DNA of 63,656 bases, the filler included, from Dugesia japonica (Eukaryota), in NCBI GenBank assembly GCA_001938525.1. It is 6 parts of 6 records of this genome, joined end to end, with 100 filler letters (N's around TTAATTAATTAA, not from the genome) between each part and the next. Parts side by side here need not be neighbours in the genome. Positions count along the whole stretch, not along the records: positions 46,630 to 55,048 come from MQRL01217307.1; positions 55,149 to 63,656 come from MQRL01619591.1; 4 more parts are not named here. One strand, 5' to 3'. The notes below the pieces were generated by a model. It was not told the DNA's origin, made no database searches, and was given only the letters and a program-made list of their open reading frames with translations. Below are positions 51,144-63,656 of the stretch, in pieces. Position numbers and translations under genes: made by a program. The stretch's first letter is position 1. Every line of letters begins with the position of its first letter.

Positions 51144-52036
51144 TTATTTTTTTTTAATTATAATTATCATAAATTAATTTAATTTTTTTGAATTCAATTT
51201 TTATTATTATTAAATAAATTTGTAAGCAAAAAATCAGAGAAAGTTTGAACGAATTAAATGGTTTTAATGAATTATGATTTTATTAAAAGTTCTATTTACA
51301 ATCTTGATTTTACTAATAAACTTAATTCTTTTTTATCAGACAAATATCCTCTATTTTGTGCTAATCGTTATCTTTGTTTTAGATGAAAATTTATTTTGTA
51401 TTTCTACTAAAATTTCTCTATGAAGAGCTAAGCAATCGTTTAATTCTCTCTTAAATTTTCCAATCTACTTCCCGTTACATATAATTTATATTGTAAGTTT
51501 TAATAATTATCCATATTTTCGCCTACAAATGCATTTAAATTGAATATATCATTTACTACTATTAATTTCTATCCATATAAGATTTCCTGCTGAAATAGTT
51601 CTTCTGTATCTTGATTGTTTTTATCTTCAAATCTTTCACTGCATAAACGATTGGAAATGTTTACTATTTCTATATCTTGAAAGGAGTTTCATCTTCATTT
51701 TTGTACTAAAGAGCTTCGTAAACTACATTAAGTGTTGTTTTAGAAGTTCTTCACAAACTGACCCGACTGTTCTAATCCGTTTTTATTCTTTTCTAATATT
51801 CCGACAATAATTTAGAAAAATTTACGACCTTAATCTTTATCAATTTAAATTCGAAATAGCAATGGTATGAAGCTATATCATTTGCAGTAAAACAATACAA
51901 AATTCTAGATAATTCTAATTTAAGATATTTGAATATTAATATCAAGTTCTAATAATAAATATTTTTCAAAATATTAGTTTAATTTTATTTATTTAGTCAA
52001 ATATATAATAATTAGTTCACATGCATTTGATTAAAT

Positions 52037-52579
52037 CAAGCCTGTCCAACACGTGGCTCACCATGTTAAATTGTGCCGTCTACCGTAAATTGTTTCTGAA
52101 ACTAATTTTTTTTGTAAAAAAATTTTAATAAATAAAAATTGATGTGTTTCTTTGATATAATGCGCAAATTTTAATAGATGATTTTAATGTGATGTTTTTT
52201 GCGAACTGATTCTGAGCGCGAATAGTNNNNNNNNNNNNNNNNNNNNNNNNNNNNNNNNNNNNNNNNNNNNNNNNNNNNNNNNNNNNNNNNNNNNNNNNNN
52301 NNNNNNNNNNNNNNNNNNNNNNNNNNNNNNNNNNNNNNNNNNNNNNNNNNNNNNNNNNNNNNNNNNNNNNNNNNNNNNNNNNNNNNNNNNNNNNNNNNNN
52401 NNNNNNNATATAATTAATATATTGATATAATAATTATTTTAAAAATAATATAAAATTTTTTTGATTTTGGATATTTATTACCTATTAAATTTTAAAAAAT
52501 TTTTTATTTAAAATGCGGCCCATTATAATATTACAAAATAAAAAATGGCCCGTGAAGCAATTTATGTTGATCAGGCCTG
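52037..52579. mobile_element. hAT (Charlie/Buster-type) non-autonomous element
   Basis: TIRs CAAGCCTGTCCAAC / GTTGATCAGGCCTG; 8-bp TSD GATTAAAT / GGTTAAAT with central TA. Confidence 0.8.
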
Positions 52580-52685
52580 GGTTAAATTAACTTTTCTCTC
52601 AAGTCGAATTAATAATTATAAAATGAGTTCATTTAATATAACAGATTTGATCAAAATTTTGGTTTTTTTATTGATATTGGATAAC

Positions 52686-52720
52686 AAATCAATATTTCGA
52701 CCTTGTCTTCATCAGGAATT
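52686..52720 (-). ncRNA. Minimal hammerhead ribozyme with intact core
   Basis: aattc-CTGATGA-a-gac-aag-gtc-GAAA-tatt-gattt. Confidence 0.75.
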
Positions 52721-53010
52721 GACTATCAATAAAAAAACCAAAATTTTGATCAAAGTTTTTATATTAAATGAATTCTATAAAACGATCAATGGTTATGTCC
52801 AACAATTATTCTCGCAATAATTGCAATTATAAAATAAAATGAGTAATTAAATTTTTTTAATAGAAATTCTTAATGATAATTTAGATTAATTATTAATGAA
52901 AAAATACAAAATATTTGCAAAGAGAAATTATGTGTTGGAGAATCTAGGTGTTTTAAGAATCATAATAATATCATAAATTGATCTTTACATAATTATCTAT
53001 TAATACTTAC

Positions 53011-53350
53011 TTTGATTGCTGATAATTGGTCTGATAGATCGATCCAATACTATGAGACGCATCTCTGATGATCGAGGTTCATCGTAATATTGTGATATAT
53101 TAAACATTAGAGACTGTCTTAATTTTACTAGCTCTGACTGATATGCTGGCTCATACATCCAAGTAATTGATTCTGTTGATAAGTTTTCAACACTCCGAGA
53201 TTGATATGCAGGATACTTTAAACATGGCTCAAACCACACCAATAATTCCCAAAGAATCAAACTAAGTGAATATACATCTGATTTTTTATAATCATCAACA
53301 GTTCTTAAGGGTTGTATTTGAGCAGAATTAGGATCGATTGATTCAAGTAA
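53011..53350 (-). CDS. Exon of a TGF-beta/BMP/activin receptor-family Ser/Thr kinase (subdomains IX-X)
   Basis: LLESID...YKKSDVYSLSLILWELL...YEPAYQSE...PRSSEMRLIVLDRSIRPII; TTTCAG acceptor and GTAAGT donor. Confidence 0.75.
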
Positions 53351-53619
53351 CTGAAAAAAATAAGTAAAAATGTTATCAAATTCTCTTTTTAAATAAAAAT
53401 ACTGAATTTCAAGACTAGTATTTTGTCGGTATCAGGACACCGGATAATTGTTTATAATATCAGTACTTAACATAGAAGTACAAAATAATGCACTGATAAA
53501 TACATAAATTAATAATAACACTTGTTTTTTTTATTAAAATATCAATCAAATTATTACAAATTGTCAATTTTATTCAGAAAATTAAGTAATAAAAAACTAT
53601 TTATTTTTATAGCAATTAA

Positions 53620-54720
53620 TTATTTTTATAGCCAATTACTGAATGCTACAACAGTACCACTCAGGCTGTTTTGAAGCAAAGAACTCTGCGATTGCAGTTT
53701 TCAACTACTCACAAGTTAAACGTCGCCGTTGAAGGAAATTTTCTAAAGAGTAAAACAGATGAAAATCAGAGGGGGAGAGGTCAGGGCTATATGCAGGGTA
53801 GGAAAAGATTTTGATCCCCTGTACTTTTTCTAGCTTCTGCTTCCCCTTCCGCTAATTATTGGTAGGAAGGGAAAGTTCCAGATCAAGGAGTAGACACGCC
53901 AGCCAAAACCTATTTATAAAATCAAGCAACTTAAATAAATAGAATGAAAGGTTTGATTTGCAATTGACACCAACTTCTTACATATTAACAATATTATCAA
54001 ATCAGTTAAGTTACGGCTGAAATGGCAAAAATCCGCAATACATCAAATTTTTGTTAAGTATTTCTGAAAAAAAGTTTCACATGATATTATAATGTTATTA
54101 TAATATTATCAACCATTTAAGAGATTTTGATATTTTCCGTTGAAAGTTAATTCACATAACTACTGACCTGGAATACGCTACCAAAATTAATATATTAACT
54201 TTAAAAAATGGGTAAAGAAAGGAAAGAAGCAAAGATCAAATAGACTTTCAGCTTGTATTTCCGTCAACTTAATGATTTCTGTACACAAAACCAAGGTTAG
54301 GAAAATGACGAACGATGTTGCTTTGTGAATAATTGATTTCTTCCGACAGTCTGTGGGTTCTAGAAAACGACAGCTGATCTACCATGTTCACAACTAATGG
54401 TCGCCATGAACTCTGTTGATCTTCAAAACTGTTGTCGCTTCGGGCTGTACCCTCTTTCACAACATAATTGCTTTCAATTTTACAAATTTTACGAGTAGCA
54501 ACTGCTGCGGTACGTCACTTTTTTTATAATGAAATAACAAAACTCAAATTTGATTTTTTTTAAATCTATCATTCTACATGAAATATTGCACTAAAAATAA
54601 AATAAATGCCATGACAGACAAAGAACTCTGAGATTGCAGTTTTCAAATCCTGCTCACAAGTTAAACGTCATTCTTGAAAGAAATGTACCAAATAGCGAAA
54701 TAGATGAAAATCAGATAAAA
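53620..54720 (-). mobile_element. Decayed mariner with a duplicated C-terminal segment
   Basis: PDLSPSDFHLF..ENFL at ~53680-53790, repeated at ~54620-54715; HTH remnant at 54270-54570. Confidence 0.75.
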
Positions 54721-55048
54721 TAAATAAATTAACAATACAGAACGATTCAACTTTTCAATAGATTTAAAATGGTACCATATATGGAGGCGAAATAGAAAAA
54801 CAGATTTAATGTATGTGAGGATAAATTTTAGAAAATTTAATTGTTTAAATATTGTAAAATAAAAAAATATTTTGTGTTTAGATTTAAATCGAAATTTAAG
54901 AAAAACGATTTTTTGAAAAGTTTAAAAAGAAACAGATAAATTTGGATTTCAGAATAAGGAACCTTAAAGCAGCCAAATTAGTATTTTTATAATTGAATTA
55001 GTTTTGTATTATTTTTCGACATTGTATCAACTTTTTATATTTGTAGTT

Positions 55049-55148
55049 NNNNNNNNNNNNNNNNNNNNNNNNNNNNNNNNNNNNNNNNNNNNTTAATTAA
55101 TTAANNNNNNNNNNNNNNNNNNNNNNNNNNNNNNNNNNNNNNNNNNNN
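55049..55148. other. Artificial contig linker
   Basis: 44N-TTAATTAATTAA-44N. Confidence 0.95.
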
Positions 55149-55370
55149 TTTTGTTCAACTTTGAAAACACTGCTATACAAACGTTTTAACTGGATAAAAA
55201 ATGCATCTGTTACTGAATCTCACTTTCAACTAACGCAAAGCATTCATGGAAAATTAAAAGAACTTGATATCAAGCAAAATTATACTGAAAATGCGGAATT
55301 TCTAAATTTTACTAAAAGCATCCTAGCCGTAGCCTATCTTTCTGCAGATAGCATATTTGTTTATTAAATT
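55149..55370 (+). mobile_element. MULE transposase fragment
   Basis: HFQLTQSIHGKLKELDIKQNY...LAVAYL resembles the MULE FHxxQ..ALAFLP region. Confidence 0.55.
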
Positions 55371-56494
55371 GTTTCTCACATTTTAAAAAGTATTAGGCTT
55401 TGTATTATGATTGTTTCTTAGAAAAAACTTTCGTACTTAGATGTGATATGATACAAATAATGTTACCTGATGACTCTTTACAATTATGATGTCTAATTTG
55501 TTTCAAATATATAAAAAATATTATAGTAAAATTTAAGGTTTTCAATTCGTACAATATGCAACTTAAAAGGCAATGTTGCAAACATAAAATTGTAGTTGCA
55601 TTGCATTTATTTGCTATCAATACAATGTTTCTAGACTTGTTTATTATATAAAATTTAAAATATTTTGTGATTTCCAAATTTGTATTGAGGCAGATGAACC
55701 ATTTAGTAACATCTTTTGAAAAATGATTTTTGAAAACATTCAAACTTTCAAGATAAGCATTTTTCAAATCCAATTTTTTTGTTATCTATGGAGATCCAAC
55801 AATAACTTTCTTTGCTTAATACTGTATTGAAAGTTAATAATGTTTCTACTAAAACAAGTTACTTTAAATTCAATATATTAGACAAAATCTTTAAAATTTG
55901 AGTAGAAACAATGGATTTTCGATCAAACAATGTATAGATAGTTTAAAGCTGATTTGAATAGTGCTATTGTTTTTGCATTAATTATTATTTCATTATAATT
56001 ATAATTACGCATTACCATTATAGTTTTTCAGTATGCCACACCTCGTCTTGTGAGAACAAAAGATTTTACAGTAAAGGTCCTTTAGCCAATGTATAAGCAG
56101 TTTTTAATTTTCAGTTGAATAGTATCAATATCGCGTTGATCTGATCAAAAGTGCGGGAGTAGGAAGTTTTCAATCTAAAATCTTTAATAATTTTTTTATC
56201 ACCACGCATGATTAAACCGAGTATTGTAATATGAGATCAACCACGTTGTTCCAACTCCAACAATACCATGGTGATACCTGTCAAATATCGCCCAGCCGAG
56301 AAAGGTCAATACTAAAATTCGACCAATCGTGTATAATGAACCAGATTAAAGTTCAAGTCACTAAATTTCTATGGCACTTTTGCGGGGAATGGGAAGGTGG
56401 CCCATAGCACCACTAATAATAGCATTGAAAATATTTTCCGACAAATCCGAAGTTTTATGAGCGGACCGAAATGTTAACAATATGAGCTCAGAAA

Positions 56495-57560
56495 TAAGGT
56501 CATTGAAAAGTTTTGAAGGTCACAAAAAATTTTTTTTCAAGGTCATCGAAAATTTTTTTATCGAATTTTTTTTGTTCAAGGTCAAATAATTTTGTTTAAA
56601 CTAATTATACTGTTTTATTTTCAACACCACTCCCTTCCGTTGGGAAATTTTTTTTTACAAAATGTTTTTAAAATTTTTTTTTGGGAAATTGTTTTATGGT
56701 CATTCATTTTGTTTTTTTTTGTTTTTTTATTTTTTTGTTGGTATCATCTACAATTCTTATCGGACAGTCACAAATTTGGTATCATTTGACTTTATTCTTT
56801 TTCATTCTTCGATATTAAGGAAGCATTTTCGCTATAAGTCCTTTAGGTAATGTTTAGATGGTTTTTGATTTTCATCCCGATAATGGTGATTTCAACTCAC
56901 AAAATTGGAGCCGCCCACCGTTGGACCAAATATTTTGTTTTATTGTTATATCTGTTAGTAAAATAATTGTATTTAAATATTTATAAGTGTAATATATTCC
57001 ACTTTGAATTTTCTATCATTTGGTATCAAAGTAATTGAGTATAATGAGTGTAATTGGAAAATTTTGATAGAGAATGATTTTTTAAAAATTTTAAGAACAA
57101 TTTTTCGACACAAAAACTTTAAGTGATGTACAAGTAGTATTTAATTTTAGAAAGCTTGGTAAAATTTTCGAGCCTATATCTTTCAAAATGGCGCTGATTA
57201 TAAATTTAAATCCTAAATATATTTTGAAGGACCTGTCCAATAAGAAAATTCAATAGAGAACATTGCGTGGATTTACTTTGCGCGTCAAATGATACCAAAT
57301 TTGCGATTGTCCAATAGGTAATGCGAACTAAAAAAAATGGATGATCTTAAAAAAAAATCTCAAAAAAATAATTTTAAAAAAAATTCTGTAAAAAAATTTT
57401 TTCTTAACAGAGGGGTGGTGTTGAAAATTTAAAAGTACAAAGTGGTGTTGAAAATAGAAGTACAAAGTGATGTTGAAAATATAAAAGTACAAAGTAGTGT
57501 TGAAAATAGAAAATTTTGATGACCTTAAAAAACATTTTCTAAAAAAAATAATTTCCAATA
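56495..57560. mobile_element. Foldback/MITE-like element with long imperfect inverted arms
   Basis: CAAATTTGGTATCATTTGAC (56771-56790) vs GTCAAATGATACCAAATTTG (57284-57303); TTTTCAACACCAC vs GTGGTGTTGAAAA; AAGGTCAT vs ATGACCTT. Confidence 0.65.
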
Positions 57561-59072
57561 TTTTTTTTCCACCGGGAGAGGGATGGTTTAGTGCTAAAAT
57601 GTCTCACTATTAAGTCAGTTTAAAATCAATATAAATGGATTCTTTGCTAGACATTACAATCAAGGAATTGAGTTGGTAAAAAGATTTTTAGAACTCCGGA
57701 AGATAAACTATTTATGGAACCATCTTAGAATTTGTAACCATTTGGATAAATATCAACTCATATATCAAAATGGTTATGAAAAATAAATGAAACAACTAAC
57801 TATTTGCCTTCAGCAAACAATTTCAAGCGTTTTTAAATATATAACAAGTCAACTAAACCATTATGGATCAATATTTAGAGACTATTAGAATGAATTCAAA
57901 AAAATTTATATCAATATTTAAATGCAAAAAATTGGTAATAATAATTGGTAATTATGTCTATCAAATAAAACTTTACGATATGATAACGTTCATATTGAGA
58001 AAGAAAGGAATATTAAAGAAGCAATATAAAGGACCGTGCCAGTTAACGGAATACTACTATAAAATAATATTAGAATAAACTACAAAGGGAAATCGTTAAC
58101 TATTTATCATATAAAAGGATATAAGATGGGAAAGCTAAAGAATAAAAAAGAAAAGAGTGTTGAGGAAAGCTAAAATCAATTTTAACGCATATACATATAC
58201 ATGCATGCAAACACACACAAATTCAATTCATCAAGCTTCAAATCAATCCAGGCGATCAATCAACAATCAATTTAATTGCTTCCAGGCGATCAATCAATAA
58301 TCAACTTTATTTCTATCTTGACAATCAATTTTATCTCATTGATTTTTTTATTTTGATCCCAACAACTATGATAATCAATTTTATTTATGACAATTAATTT
58401 TACTTTGCAATTGTCTAAATCAGACTCTGTATTTGATTATTATTACTATTATTTTTTATAATTTGTATATTATTCTATTTTATTTTTAATATCCAAATCT
58501 GATTCTGTATTTGATTATTCTGTAACAATTAGTTTTATTTTTAAATATACTGTCAAATTGTAAACAATTGTAAATTGGACCATTAATTTTATTTTTTTTA
58601 AAATTTTATTGGAATTTTATTTTGGAATTCTATTTTCATATTTATTTTCATATAATTACGGTATGAATTTTATTTTTAATTAATTTAATTTTGGATCTTT
58701 ATTTATTTTATTCATATTATTTTGAAATTTATGTTTGTTTCATGAATACGTCTGTTTTTGGTGGATCGCTATTTGGTATAAATACCGAGTTGAAATCCAT
58801 TATTTTCACTACTATTTTAAAAGTGAAAAACTTTAAGTTTATTGGAACTTACAATAAAAAGCTAAAAACCATAACTATAAAATAACTTTGTAACGTTTTG
58901 TAACAACACTGTATTTTCAATTATATTTTATAAAAGTAATTCTTTGAATATTTTTTAATAGGGAACACCATATAGCTTATTTATAATATATAAATTTATT
59001 TATATTAAGCATATTAGGTCTTATAAGAAAATTCTTTGAATATCAATATATCGGGATTAATGGAACTTAAAA

Positions 59073-59947
59073 TCAAATTTTAAACTCGCGTTGTTCATTT
59101 ATTTTGGCAATTAATCCCCCAAAGTATCTCAACAAGAGTCTTAAAAACACAGCAATAATAAGCAAACCAAAAGGGATTTCAATAATCAAACCAGAACAAT
59201 TAACTACGAACAGACAAGGATAAAGTAATCCTATGAGAAAGATGTAAACCATCAAGATTCAAGCAATTTTAATGATAAAAAGAGGGATGTGGTATAATAT
59301 TTAAATTAAAAATGATTTATATTGAAATATTTAGATTTTTTTAATTTAAATTTAAAATTTTTTTATATTTAAATATTTAGATTGAATAAAAAAGAAGAGA
59401 TTTTAACCTGTGTAATTTAATACATATTTATTTGATAATTTTTCTTTAATAATTTACTGACAGTTTACTTCCAACATAAACGGTCTGGGGTTGGCTTTAA
59501 TTTGACATTTTGACTTTACTTATTATTGCAAAGACTTATAGTTTTAAAAGAGTTTATATTACTTTTGTTTATTAAATAACAATAGGAAAAATTTAATCTT
59601 TAAAAACAATATCTATTAATTGATCAATTTTTTACAGTCCTCAAATGAAAGGTGATGGAAAATAATTATTTCGATAATGAAAGTAATTATTTTATTAAAA
59701 CAGTGGAAACAAAAATTTCTCAAATTTTAAATAAATAGTACTTCAAGAGATCATTATTAAAATAATAATAATAATGAATAAATAATATATATATATATAT
59801 GTGTGTGTTGGAACAGAACCCATCAATATATTGTTAAAAATCACACTCAAAATAATAATCAAAAATATAAAACTACCGAAGCAGTGAAGGTTCAAAAAAT
59901 CACAAAGTAATTTAAAAACAACCCGCAATACAAAGATAAAACATTCC
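59073..59947 (-). CDS. Putative last two exons (59877-59947, 59073-59230) of an unidentified membrane protein
   Basis: AG/GT-flanked hydrophobic exons that join in frame: ECFIFVLRVVFKLLCDFLNLHCFG|LLYPCLFVVNCSGLIIEIPFGLLIIAVFLRLLLRYFGG...KI*. Confidence 0.4.
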
Positions 59948-62264
59948 CTGAAAATGATATTCGATTTATATTAAAAAAGAAAATCAATTGGTGGGAAACA
60001 AAATGTTTCCCGGGAATTAATTGTAAATTATAAATAATACAAATGATTCGAAAGTAATTCCAATGAAATTCGGGATAGTGAATGAATCATTAATTAAATA
60101 ATCCAATTTGTTAGAACATCAAAATAATTCGCAATAAATGAAAGCAAATTATTATAATTGGAACTAAATTTAAATTTAATTTAACCAGTAAAAAATCAGA
60201 TTTCAAGAAAAATAGTATAAATACCCCGGATAAAAATCAGAAAATTATCTACGTGAAAGTCAACAGTTAATCCTTAATCTTTCCAACTGAAAACAAAAAA
60301 TATATTGACTTAGAAAATCAGAATTCAATGGTTAAAATCTAATTCGAACACATATCGCTCCTCGTCAAGTTATAAAAAGTTAATCATTGAAAAAATAAAT
60401 AATTATCAATTCCTTCAATACGAAATTAAACAAAAATCCAACAAAAAAGTCCTCATTCAATTGAATAAATCGGACTACGTATAATAAAATCGCTTGCAAG
60501 AAAAACCAGACCTCAGTTCGTGTGTTAAACTTTGTATTCAATTGCGAATAATTCAGAAATCATTTCCCTACACCAATCGAGCAAGGAATTGCAAGAAATT
60601 CGTGTGCAGAAAACAGAATATAAAATTCTACCCAAAGTGGATTTACCTCACTTTTTTCCTTAAGCAAAAATTTGAAATCGACAACCAATTTCTAATTCAA
60701 CGAGAGGAGAAATTCATCCACCATATTGGTCGCATTTTTGATTTCTTGTAAGAATTTTTCTATTTTAATTTACGCTTTTGTAGCTTGGGTCGATCTTACT
60801 AAATTATGATTACCTTTTGAAGAAATGAGAAGAGTTTTCATCACAATATGCCAAATCTTCCATTGATTATTAAATTATGAATATTCCTTGAAGAAAAAAG
60901 TTTCTGTATTGCAATAGGCCAGATCTTCTATTAGTTAAGTAAAACAGTATCCCTGAAAATCAAATCTCAGCGCGAATAGTTACGAGCCACTCTGATCTTC
61001 TTGACAAGTTAAATAATATTCTTCCTAAAATTCTGAAACTTCTCTATTCGATGATTTATTTTACTGTTTTATGAAAAGAAGATACCATGATCAACCGCTA
61101 CTAACAATTGATCCTATGATTGTATTCGTTTGATACTATATTGTCTGATACCGAAATTAGAATAAAAATGAACAATGTTATGATTTTATATGTATTAATT
61201 AATAAACATATTGTCTATAGACGTTTATTTTACTTGCATATACATATAAGAGAGAGTGAGTTAAGTATGATCAATCAAGTAGATTTACGCTCTATGCCGA
61301 TTAATTCATTTATTTTTAAAGTCAAAGTAAATTGGTACGCGCCTGCACTTTTCCGATAAATGTCACCGACGCTGCAGAGAGAACCGGTCATAGGAGGGCC
61401 GGGTAAATCATAGTCGGGTGTGGGCAAGTGCCCTAGACAAATGTTCCTGCTCAAATGAAAATTTATTTACCACTCATACACCAATATTTATATATTGACA
61501 ATGTCAAAGTTATAGAACTACAAAAAATCAAAAACGATCTTGAATTAAAGACTTGCAAGCAGCAAATTGGACAAGATCTGACTTATGCTAACAAGACAAA
61601 TTGAATACAAGGCACTCATTTCATGTATCAAACAGATATGCTGAAGTCTGGTTTCTCATCTCGGGCGAGAAAATATTTTCCGTATCTCCAAAGGTAAATA
61701 AATAAAATGATAGAATCTATTACATTTCCATGAAGCATGTAAATTTTTGATAGTGCAGCACTGGCACAACGCATTTAGATGGGTTTTTTTCTAATGCATT
61801 TAGTTGGACGACAAAAGGGTAACCCCTCTCATAAAATGTGCTTTAATTTTTGTGCTTTAATTTTTGTTCTTCAATTTTTGTTATTCAATTTTTGGTCTTC
61901 AATTTTTAAAATTGATATTTTTCTCTTTATAATAGAAATTTTATTAGTAATATAGAAAATAAATTGAAAATTAATAACTTATATTTTAAGAAATCTTTTA
62001 ACAGAAAAATAAATTTATTTTTAATAAAATTAATAAAAATTTAAAAATTATTGTTAAAATAATTCAACCTAATTCATACAACTAGGACGAATGAGGTCAA
62101 TTTTTATTGGTTTTAGATGGTTTTTGTCTGTATAAAGAAGTATGCAAATTGCAAATTTTTTTTCAAANNNNNNNNNNNNNNNNNNNNNNNNNNNNNNNNN
62201 NNNNNNNNNNNNNNNNNNNNNNNNNNNNNNNNNNNNNNNNNNNNNNNNNNNNNNNNNNNNNNNN

Positions 62265-62790
62265 GTGACTTGGTCAAAGTTTTCCTCGGGATTGGTAATT
62301 TTTGGGTGATTTAGGTGAAATGGGATGAAAGATTTCTCGGTTAGGTCAAATAAGGTAATTTTTTGTTGTTTCAGGTGAATTTGATCCAATATTTCCTCGG
62401 GATTACTCGGTTAGGGTAATCTTTGTGTGACTTTGTCAAATTTTTCCTCGGAATTAGTAATTTTTCGGTGGTTTACGTGAAATTAGTTGAAAATTTCTCA
62501 GTGAGATCGAATCTTGGCAAACTTGGTCGGTTTTAGATGAATTTGATCAATTATGGACAAATTTGGTTAATTATTTGCTCACTAGGGTAATGTTTAGGTG
62601 AATTCAGTCAATTATTTCATCGGGAATGGACAGTTTGGGTGATTTTGGGTAATTTGTTCAATTATTTCCTCGGTAATAGTTAGTTTGTGTCAGATTTAGA
62701 TAATTTAATCAATTATTTCCTTTCAAGGGTAATTTTTAGGAGAATTTGAATGATAATTTTCTCGGACTGGTCAGTTTGAATTGAATTTTA
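62265..62790. repeat. Degenerate ~40-45-bp tandem repeat (TTTCCTCGG...TTAGGTGAATTTG core)
   Basis: Recurring TTTCCTCGG and GGTGAATT motifs. Confidence 0.7.
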
Positions 62791-63474
62791 AGAAAATTCA
62801 TGTGAAAAGTTAAATTTGTTTAAATTTTCAAGTTTTTTAAAAAATTTTTATGGAAATTTTTAATAGAAATCCGGGTTAACCGATCATGTTGTTTTAATAA
62901 TATGCAAATTAAAAATTTTTTAAATGAAATTTTCATGGGAGTCTGGGTGAAAAGTCTACATTTTTGAAAAATATGTTCTATATATCAGATTTAGAACTTT
63001 TTTATAAATATTTAAGGTGAAAAGCGTTTTAAATGTTTTGTGCAGCATTTTAATTACTTAGGCTAAAATCTAATTCAGACAAAGCACACATCTCTAATAA
63101 TTAATTATTAACAAAATAACTACCCTGTATCCTGCAATAATGCCAATGTCATCTTTGATAAAACATCAGTACCACTGTTGGATTGTGGAGTCATAATTTC
63201 ATTCTGAAATTTAGTCAAATAAATCAAACTTACATACGAACGCATGCGCATTTCAAATAGTGTAAAATTATTTTCAAAAATGAGTTTATATTACAATAAA
63301 ATTGTTATTCATTTGAAATAATATATTTGGAAATTATTTCAAATTTGATATCTGTAATAAAAATGTTAAAGGGAATGTAAACAATAATGTGGTAATGCTT
63401 AAACAGTTATATATAAAATAAATGTAAATAGATCGCACTAATAAAGCATAAAATATATTAAAAAAAGTTTTCGT

Positions 63475-63600
63475 GGCATTTTCTAATGAAAAAACATTTA
63501 AAGACATTTACAATTGAGAAAACATTGCGAGACATTTTCTAATGAGAAAACATTTGAAGACATTTACCATTGGGAGATATTTACTATTTTAGATATTTTT
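63475..63600. repeat. ~27-28-bp degenerate tandem repeat (ACATTTTCTAATGAGAAAACATTTGAAG)
   Basis: About four diverged copies. Confidence 0.65.
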
Positions 63601-63656
63601 TTCAACTTTGGAAATATTTTTCAAATGAATTGTTTACTTAGCAACTTATTTAATGC

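Noticed and set aside
55405-56400. 122-aa ORF and neighbouring coding-like sequence
   Set aside because: Probably a decayed transposase; motifs too eroded to assign
57600-58130. Possible Gypsy integrase tail (YKGP motif)
   Set aside because: Single weak motif among many stops; no LTR or polypurine tract confidently identified
61330-61450. GC-rich stretch as a candidate ncRNA
   Set aside because: AGGGCCGG...TGGGCAAGTGCCC is typical of hAT-type termini; no tRNA, snRNA or SRP signature found

Overview
AT-rich eukaryotic (animal) genomic DNA with short ~50-nt GT-AG introns. The gene and transposon content is compatible with a flatworm-like invertebrate, but the taxon is an inference. The window is not one contiguous locus: five identical 100-bp artificial linkers (44 N + TTAATTAATTAA + 44 N) join six separate contigs (1-12182, 12283-22244, 22345-30604, 30705-46529, 46630-55048, 55149-63656). 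Host genes are a complete two-exon RNA polymerase II largest subunit (RPB1), an intronless class A peptide-type GPCR, four internal exons of PPIP5K/VIP1, the first two exons of pyruvate kinase, one TGF-beta-receptor-family kinase exon, and weaker candidates (a SYCP1-like coiled-coil gene and a small membrane protein). The rest is mostly decayed transposons: mariners, Tc1, Tigger/pogo, hAT, MULE, a foldback element, and two families of Penelope-like retroelements with minimal hammerhead ribozymes. The most notable observations are: (1) an RPB1 with a two-block non-canonical CTD (YSPTSPG / YSPSSPN) and yeast-type residues at both metazoan-specific amanitin contacts; (2) an inverted RPB1 exon fragment just upstream of RPB1; (3) a 5S rRNA 5' half fused to foreign sequence; (4) hammerhead ribozymes placed in tandem or inside a perfect 31-bp hairpin. 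No wholly new multi-gene system is demonstrable from the sequence alone.
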